Shown one piece after another: positions 7,698 through 12,506 of a stretch of DNA of 12,506 nucleotides. How positions within the stretch are numbered: position 1 is the first letter of the stretch; each line of letters opens with the position of its first letter. Origin of the DNA: Candidatus Eiseniibacteriota bacterium (GTDB taxonomy: Bacteria > Eisenbacteria > RBG-16-71-46 > JABDJR01 > JAWXBZ01); the NCBI GenBank assembly GCA_034440375.1, contig JAWXBZ010000096.1:1-12506 (forward strand). Reading direction: 5' to 3'. The notes under the pieces were generated by a model, which saw nothing but the letters and a program-made list of their open reading frames with translations, was not told the origin of the DNA and did not search any database. A program made the position numbers and the translations under genes.

Positions 7698-9407
7698 GTG
7701 AATCCAATCAATCCCGAAAGCGCGCTCGAAGGACTCCGCCGGCACCGGCCGGTAGTCGCCGGGCTTGTCGTGGCTGTGGCGATTGCCATGGACCTGGCGG
7801 ACCCGGTACCCGGGCGGCGCGAGCTTCTATTCGGGGTGGCCCTGCTGGTTCTGGCCACGGAGTCGGTCAGCCGGATGTTGATCGGACGGGTGGAACCCGC
7901 GCAATACCTCCTGACCGGAACACTGGCGACCGACGTCGTGATCGCGTCGCTGGTGGTGTCGCTCATGGGTGGCACGGTCAGCCCCTTCGTCCTTCTGTTC
8001 CCGATGCTGGCCTTCACCGGCGGCATGCTCTCGGGAGTGAGGGGGGGAGTGGTGATCGGCGTGCTCTCAGCCGTCGGTTATGAGGCAGCGGCCATTTCTG
8101 CCGGTGGCGTGCAGATCGGGCCCGACGGGGCTCCCCAGATCGCCCTTGGCGCTCGAGCCGCTTTCCAACTGGCTTTCTATCCGATCTTTTTCACGATGGT
8201 CGGGATTCTTTCCGGCCTGCTGGGCAAACGCCTGCAGGAGAGTGAGCAAGCACTGGCTGATGCTGCGGATGTGGTGGAAAAGCTCCGGCTCGACACTGAG
8301 TCGATCATCCAAAACCTGTCGTCGGCACTCCTGACGATCGATCGTTCCGGCCGCATCGTGCACGTGAACCGAGTGGCCGAGAAACTGCTCGGAATCACCG
8401 CAGGGCATGTCCGGGGCCGGAAGTTGGCCGAGGCCCTCAAGCCGGGACACCGGGAGCTGGTGGAGAAGATCGAGACGACACTGCGGGAGGATCTGCCGCT
8501 GCTCCGAGCCGAGGTTCGCCTGGAACAGGAGGGTGGGGATCCGGCTCCCCTGGGCGTTTCCACCTCGTTGATCAAGGACCGGCGTGGCACGAAGAGCGGC
8601 GTCGTGGCGCTCTTCCAGGATCTGACCGAGGTTCGTCGACTGGAAGAGGCCGGCCGGCGACAGGACCGGCTCTCGGTCATTGGCGGGATGGCGGCCTCAA
8701 TCGCTCATGAAGTGCGCAACTGCGTGAATCCGATCTCTGGATCGGTCGAGATGCTCCAGTCGGAGCTGCGCCTCGAAGGCGAGAATGCCAAACTCCTTGA
8801 CCTGATCGGGCGGGAGGCGGCGAAGATGGAACGGTTTGTCTCTGAATTGCTCAACTTCAGCCGCGGCAATCCGATGACTGTCGAGACGACGACGTTGGAG
8901 ACGATCCTCGACGCCACGCTGGACAAGGTGCGGAGTCATCCGGCCTGGAAGCCGACTGTTGAGCTGGTTCGGAACTGGGGCCACGTACCGACGACGGTCC
9001 GTGTCGACATACACCAGCTGGAGCAGGTGTTCTTCAACCTGGCCCTCAACGCCCTCGAAGCGATGGGGCCGGTGGGGACTCTGACCGTGACGGTCGAGCC
9101 GGGGGCGGATGACTCCGGATGCGTTGTCGAGTTCGCGGACACGGGAGCCGGGATGACCCGGGAGACGATGGACCGTATTTTTGAACCGTTCTATACGACG
9201 AAGGGGAGCGGGACGGGGCTTGGCCTCGCGATTGCCCACCGGATCGTCGAAAGGCACCGGGGTCAAATGGAAGTGTCCAGCAGGCCACGAATGGGAACCC
9301 GTGTTCGGGTCACCATCCCGGTGGCGCCTGGAGTCCGTACAAGTGTGGAAATCGACGACCCGGCGACTGTGGATACAGGTTGGCGGTCGGAAACAGCCGC
9401 GGCATGA
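7698..9407 (+). CDS. pilS: Membrane sensor histidine kinase, PilS-like (TM bundle-PAS-HisKA-HATPase)
   Basis: About 5-6 hydrophobic N-terminal helices, PAS (IIQNLSSALLTIDRSGRIVHVNRVAEKLLG...FQDLTE), H-box AHEVRN, N-box NLALNALEAM, G1 DTGAGM, F-box FEPFYTTK, G2 GTGLGL. GTG 7698 fits GAGGAG (7687-7692) better than GTG 7692. The symbol rests on domain layout plus synteny. Confidence 0.85.
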   Translation: MNPINPESALEGLRRHRPVVAGLVVAVAIAMDLADPVPGRRELLFGVALLVLATESVSRMLIGRVEPAQYLLTGTLATDVVIASLVVSLMGGTVSPFVLLFPMLAFTGGMLSGVRGGVVIGVLSAVGYEAAAISAGGVQIGPDGAPQIALGARAAFQLAFYPIFFTMVGILSGLLGKRLQESEQALADAADVVEKLRLDTESIIQNLSSALLTIDRSGRIVHVNRVAEKLLGITAGHVRGRKLAEALKPGHRELVEKIETTLREDLPLLRAEVRLEQEGGDPAPLGVSTSLIKDRRGTKSGVVALFQDLTEVRRLEEAGRRQDRLSVIGGMAASIAHEVRNCVNPISGSVEMLQSELRLEGENAKLLDLIGREAAKMERFVSELLNFSRGNPMTVETTTLETILDATLDKVRSHPAWKPTVELVRNWGHVPTTVRVDIHQLEQVFFNLALNALEAMGPVGTLTVTVEPGADDSGCVVEFADTGAGMTRETMDRIFEPFYTTKGSGTGLGLAIAHRIVERHRGQMEVSSRPRMGTRVRVTIPVAPGVRTSVEIDDPATVDTGWRSETAAA

Positions 9408-9444
9408 GCTTGAGCATCCAATTGAATCGAGGGAGTAACTCCAG

Positions 9445-10869
9445 GTGACCATGGGATCCGAGAAGATACTTGTCGTCGACGACGAACCAGGGATGTGCCA
9501 GTTTCTGGCCATCATGCTGCGCAAGGAGGGGTACCAGGTGAGGACGGCCAGCAATGGCCCCGAAGCCCTGGAGCACGTTCGCAGCGAGGAATTTCACTGC
9601 ATCCTGACGGACGTCAAGATGCCGGGGATGGACGGGCTGGAACTTCTCGATGCCGTTCACGAACTCGACGCCACCCTGCCGGTGGTCGTCATGACCGCCT
9701 ACGCCTCGGAGAAGGCCTCGGTCGACGCCATGAATCGCGGCGCCTTTCAATACTTGGAGAAGCACGCCAAGAATGACGAGATCAAGCTAGTGATCAAGAA
9801 CGCCCTCAACATGAAGGTAGTCCAGTCGGAGAATGTCTTCCTCAAGCGTCAGTTGAAGAAGACACAGACCAACAAGGAGATCATCGGGTCGTCGGAGGAG
9901 ATGCATCGTGTCTTCAAGATGATCGACAAGGTGGCCGAGACAGACTCGACCATCATGATTTATGGGGAGAGTGGCACTGGCAAGGAGTTGATCGCCCGCG
10001 AGATGCATTACCGTTCGAAACGCGCCAATGGCCCCTTCGTGTCGATCAATTGTGGCGCCCTGCCCAAGGACCTTCTGGAGTCCAATCTCTTCGGCCATAT
10101 CAAGGGCTCGTTCACTGGAGCGGTGAAGGATCAGGCCGGGCTGATGCAGGTGGCCGAGGGAGGATCCTTCTTCCTGGATGAAGTTGGTGAGATGAGCCCG
10201 GCGACACAGGTGAAGCTGCTGCGTGCACTGCAGGAACGCGAGATCATTCCGGTTGGCGGCACCAAGCCGATCAAGATCAACACACGGCTGATTGCGGCCA
10301 CCAATGCGGATCTTGAGAAGGATGTCCGCGAGGGGAAGTTCCGGAGTGACCTGTACTATCGACTCAACGTCATTCCCATCAAGCTGCCGCCCCTGCGCAT
10401 GCGTCGGGATGACATCCCGATCCTGGTCGATCACTTCCTCAAGAAGTTGGCCGGGACGACATCCATGCTCAAGACGATCGACAAGGAATGCATGACGATC
10501 CTCCTGCGCTACGACTGGCCCGGTAACGTCCGGGAATTGGAAAATGTCATGGAGCGGGCCGTCATCCTGTCAGACGGCAATCACCTCACGTCCGAGGATC
10601 TGCCCGAGCGCGTCCTTCGCGGAGACAAGCGCAAGGGGAGCCTGATCATCGATTGCCCTGAAATGACCCTCGAGGAACTGGAGCGCGAATACATCCTCAA
10701 GGTGCTGAACTACACCGGCTGGCAAAAGAAACGAGCCAGCACCATTCTGGGCATCAACGCATCAACGCTGTATCGGAAGCTCCAGATGTTCAAGCTCGAA
10801 GGGCACCTCCAGGGGCGTGACATCAGCGTTGACGATATGTCGGACGAGGCAATCGACGAAGCGGCCTGA
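9445..10869 (+). CDS. pilR: Sigma54-dependent response regulator (REC-AAA+-Fis HTH), PilR-like
   Basis: REC ILVVDDE...LTDVKMPG (Asp codon 9610), Walker A GESGTGKE, loop-1 GSFTGA, Walker B FFLDEV, RLIAATN, FRSDLYYRLNV, WPGNVRELEN, and HTH RASTILGINASTLYRKL. GAGGGAG at 9429-9435; start 9445 or 9451. Follows pilS. Confidence 0.88.
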   Translation: MTMGSEKILVVDDEPGMCQFLAIMLRKEGYQVRTASNGPEALEHVRSEEFHCILTDVKMPGMDGLELLDAVHELDATLPVVVMTAYASEKASVDAMNRGAFQYLEKHAKNDEIKLVIKNALNMKVVQSENVFLKRQLKKTQTNKEIIGSSEEMHRVFKMIDKVAETDSTIMIYGESGTGKELIAREMHYRSKRANGPFVSINCGALPKDLLESNLFGHIKGSFTGAVKDQAGLMQVAEGGSFFLDEVGEMSPATQVKLLRALQEREIIPVGGTKPIKINTRLIAATNADLEKDVREGKFRSDLYYRLNVIPIKLPPLRMRRDDIPILVDHFLKKLAGTTSMLKTIDKECMTILLRYDWPGNVRELENVMERAVILSDGNHLTSEDLPERVLRGDKRKGSLIIDCPEMTLEELEREYILKVLNYTGWQKKRASTILGINASTLYRKLQMFKLEGHLQGRDISVDDMSDEAIDEAA

Positions 10870-10875
10870 TCCCGG

Positions 10876-12438
10876 TCAGGGAGAACGCCGTCGGCCTCGT
10901 CCAGAACGCTGGTTCGAGTTCCTCTTGCTGCCGCGTCGCGCCGCCGCGCCTCCCTGAACAGGCGCTACATGGGCTTGACGGGGTGACTCTTCCTTCGGCC
11001 GCGCCCCTTTCACCCTGGATTCCGGGTCCCCCTGCAACAAGCGTTCCGTGTTTTCGGAGTCGGGGCGGGCGGGAATCCCGGTGATGCTCCCGCCCTTGTG
11101 CTTGTTTGTCATGCCGGAACTCGCACCGGTGCGAGTCGAGTGGTGGCGCCGACCCATCGAGTGCTCGGCGTCGTAGGCATTGTGAGCCCGGCACCGCAGG
11201 GTCAGGTTCCCCACCGATGACTCTCCACCACGCGACCAGGCGACAAGATGGTGGTATTCAAGCATGGACTGAGCCTCGCATCGATTGCCGGCCCTTCCCA
11301 CAAACGTGCATTGGCCCTCGTCGCGCCGCCAGACGGCCCGCCGCACGGACGCCGGCAGGTGCCGGCCCGATCGATCCCCGGCCATCCTGGGCGTTGACGG
11401 TGAACTCTTCCGCGAGCCCCGATGCTTCCGAAGTTGGGCAAACTTGCGTCGTTCGAGATGCTCGACCAGCACTCCCAACGCCCGATCAAGAATCATGGCA
11501 ATATCCCCACGGGGATTCGCGTGACTCATCAGCCGACGGGCCCTCTCCAGTCGCTGATAAGTCGATGCGCTGATCGTCACATGCAACCGGTAGCAATCGG
11601 AATCGACCGTATCCGACAACCCTGAAGCCGGTACCCTCGGATGCGCGGTGGTCAACCGGCGCTCCGCCGAAGTGGTTGAATCGTCAATCGGCCCACGTAG
11701 CCCGACAGCCGTCAAGCCGGATTGATGAAGGGCACCCGGCCTGGATTCGGGTGCCGAAGTTCGGGCCGGGTCCTGCGACGCACGGGGTTCATCCATCGAA
11801 CTCGAATCGCCTTCGCTGACAACGACGGCGGCTGAACGGTCGTCGTTGCCAGGGACTGAGTCAGGCGCGATCGGAGGAGCCGGATTCAACCCCGGAGCGC
11901 CATCGAACAATCCAGCGTTGACTGCGCGCGGGTTGCCCCGGGCCGGGAGCGCTCCGGGGCTCCGTTCGATGACGTGTGATGTGATCGAACCCGCGGGTGG
12001 TAGAGGCACGACGTAGCCACGGGCCGGCCGTTCCCGACCGGGAGCCAGTCGCGACAGAATCCATTCGATCTGGCGGCGAGTTCGATGTCGGGCTGATTCC
12101 AGCAGAGCCAGGTGATTCTCCGGAGTGAGATGGGGCGCGAGCAACGTGATGGCCGTCAGATGAACCGAGCCGTCGGCGATGCGATCGAGGACCACGGGGA
12201 ATCGCCGGGCCACCCGGGCCGCCTCAATCCTCCGATAGGCGGTGTACTCGGAAAAGTGGAGCACCTGCGTGCAATAGGTGAACAGCGATGGAAAGCCCTC
12301 GGCCAGGTAGAGCTGCCTGGCATCGAACTCGGCCAGGTGTGCCACGAACCGCGCTGCGGCCTGGTGATCCTGGTGCGTGAGTTCATGAACACGGACCAGC
12401 AGGTCGGCATCCGTCAAATGTTCGATTTCGAACAACAC
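10876..12438 (-). CDS. HNH endonuclease with DUF222-like N-terminal helical domain and RHH-like central domain; probable mobile/selfish gene
   Basis: GTG start 8 nt after AGGAGG (complement of 12447-12452). N-domain LTDADLL...VAHLAEFDARQLYLAEGFPSLFTYC...AYRRIEAARVARRFP, Pro/Ser/Ala-rich linker, beta-alpha-alpha segment YRLHVTISASTYQRLERARRLMSH...ILDRALGVLVEHLERRKF, and HNH RHLPASVRRAVWRRDEGQC...RC...LEYHH...RGG...NLTLRCRAHN. The last ~80 codons are low-complexity. Confidence 0.85.
   Translation of the reverse strand: MLFEIEHLTDADLLVRVHELTHQDHQAAARFVAHLAEFDARQLYLAEGFPSLFTYCTQVLHFSEYTAYRRIEAARVARRFPVVLDRIADGSVHLTAITLLAPHLTPENHLALLESARHRTRRQIEWILSRLAPGRERPARGYVVPLPPAGSITSHVIERSPGALPARGNPRAVNAGLFDGAPGLNPAPPIAPDSVPGNDDRSAAVVVSEGDSSSMDEPRASQDPARTSAPESRPGALHQSGLTAVGLRGPIDDSTTSAERRLTTAHPRVPASGLSDTVDSDCYRLHVTISASTYQRLERARRLMSHANPRGDIAMILDRALGVLVEHLERRKFAQLRKHRGSRKSSPSTPRMAGDRSGRHLPASVRRAVWRRDEGQCTFVGRAGNRCEAQSMLEYHHLVAWSRGGESSVGNLTLRCRAHNAYDAEHSMGRRHHSTRTGASSGMTNKHKGGSITGIPARPDSENTERLLQGDPESRVKGARPKEESPRQAHVAPVQGGAAARRGSKRNSNQRSGRGRRRSP
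11067..11109 (+). terminator. Probable intrinsic terminator of the pil operon
   Basis: GGGCGGGA (11067-11074) pairs with TCCCGCCC (11088-11095), with extra ATC/GAT pairing inside, followed by T-rich TTGTGCTTGTTTGT. About 200 nt after the pilR stop; the U-tract is imperfect. Confidence 0.5.
11119..11136. repeat. Perfect 18-bp palindrome ACTCGCACCGGTGCGAGT
   Basis: The sequence equals its own reverse complement. On the minus-strand RNA it extends by one G-U pair (GACTCGCACCGGTGCGAGTT). Lies about 28 nt downstream of the HNH-domain coding end. Confidence 0.9.
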
Positions 12439-12470
12439 GAGATTGTCCTCCTATTGATAGTGATCGGCAG

Positions 12471-12492
12471 GCACCGCCCAACGAGGCGGCGC
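12471..12492 (-). other. GC-rich hairpin upstream of the HNH gene
   Basis: Minus strand reads GCGCCGCCT-CGTT-GGGCGGTGC, a 9-bp stem with two G-U pairs. Confidence 0.45.
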
Positions 12493-12506
12493 ATACGGGC
12501 GTGGGG

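Noticed and set aside
6511-7707. 398-aa minus-strand ORF and the other long antisense or alternate-frame ORFs (e.g. 51-809, 5205-6005, 8697-9554, 9787-10434)
   Set aside because: They are shadows of well-supported + strand genes. High-GC codon bias suppresses stop codons in other frames, and none shows a recognisable motif.
9432-9442. GGAG-TAA-CTCC hairpin over the pilR RBS
   Set aside because: Only 4 bp with a 3-nt loop, too weak to claim regulation.
10908-10925. GCTGGTTCGAGTTCCTC resembling a tRNA T-arm or att remnant
   Set aside because: The T-stem does not pair (GCTGG vs TCCTC), and no D-arm, anticodon arm or adjacent acceptor strand/CCA can be built.
10960-10974. GG-N10-GC (AGGCGCTACATGGGC) as a sigma54 pilA promoter
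   Set aside because: It lacks the TGGCAC and TTGC flanks, such spacing is common in GC-rich DNA, and no pilin ORF follows.
10876-12438. HNH protein as a Cas9/IscB-like RNA-guided nuclease or group II intron protein
   Set aside because: No RuvC motifs, PLMP motif, reverse-transcriptase motif or CRISPR array is visible anywhere in the window.

Overview
High-GC bacterial chromosomal window. Apart from a short gene tail at 1-36, the + strand carries eight co-directional genes: a PHP-family phosphoesterase (YciV/TrpH-like), a signal-peptide-bearing outer-membrane beta-barrel with a TonB-plug-like segment, a membrane-anchored ComEA-type helix-hairpin-helix DNA receptor, and a type IVa pilus cluster pilB-pilT-pilC-pilS-pilR. 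That pil order is the one known from Myxococcus/Geobacter, where pilA follows pilR. Here no pilA follows; instead a convergent gene encodes a DUF222-like/RHH-like/HNH endonuclease of the kind that often behaves as a mobile element. The most interesting signals are: a perfect 18-bp palindrome right behind the HNH domain and next to a likely pil-operon terminator (candidate element end); the PHP-barrel-comEA-T4P linkage (candidate DNA-uptake module); C-terminal Ala-Ala degron-like tails on PilT, PilS and PilR; a degenerate MshEN c-di-GMP motif in PilB; and a sigma28-like promoter in front of pilB. All calls come from reading motifs by eye; no database searches were run, and taxonomy cannot be assigned from this window.
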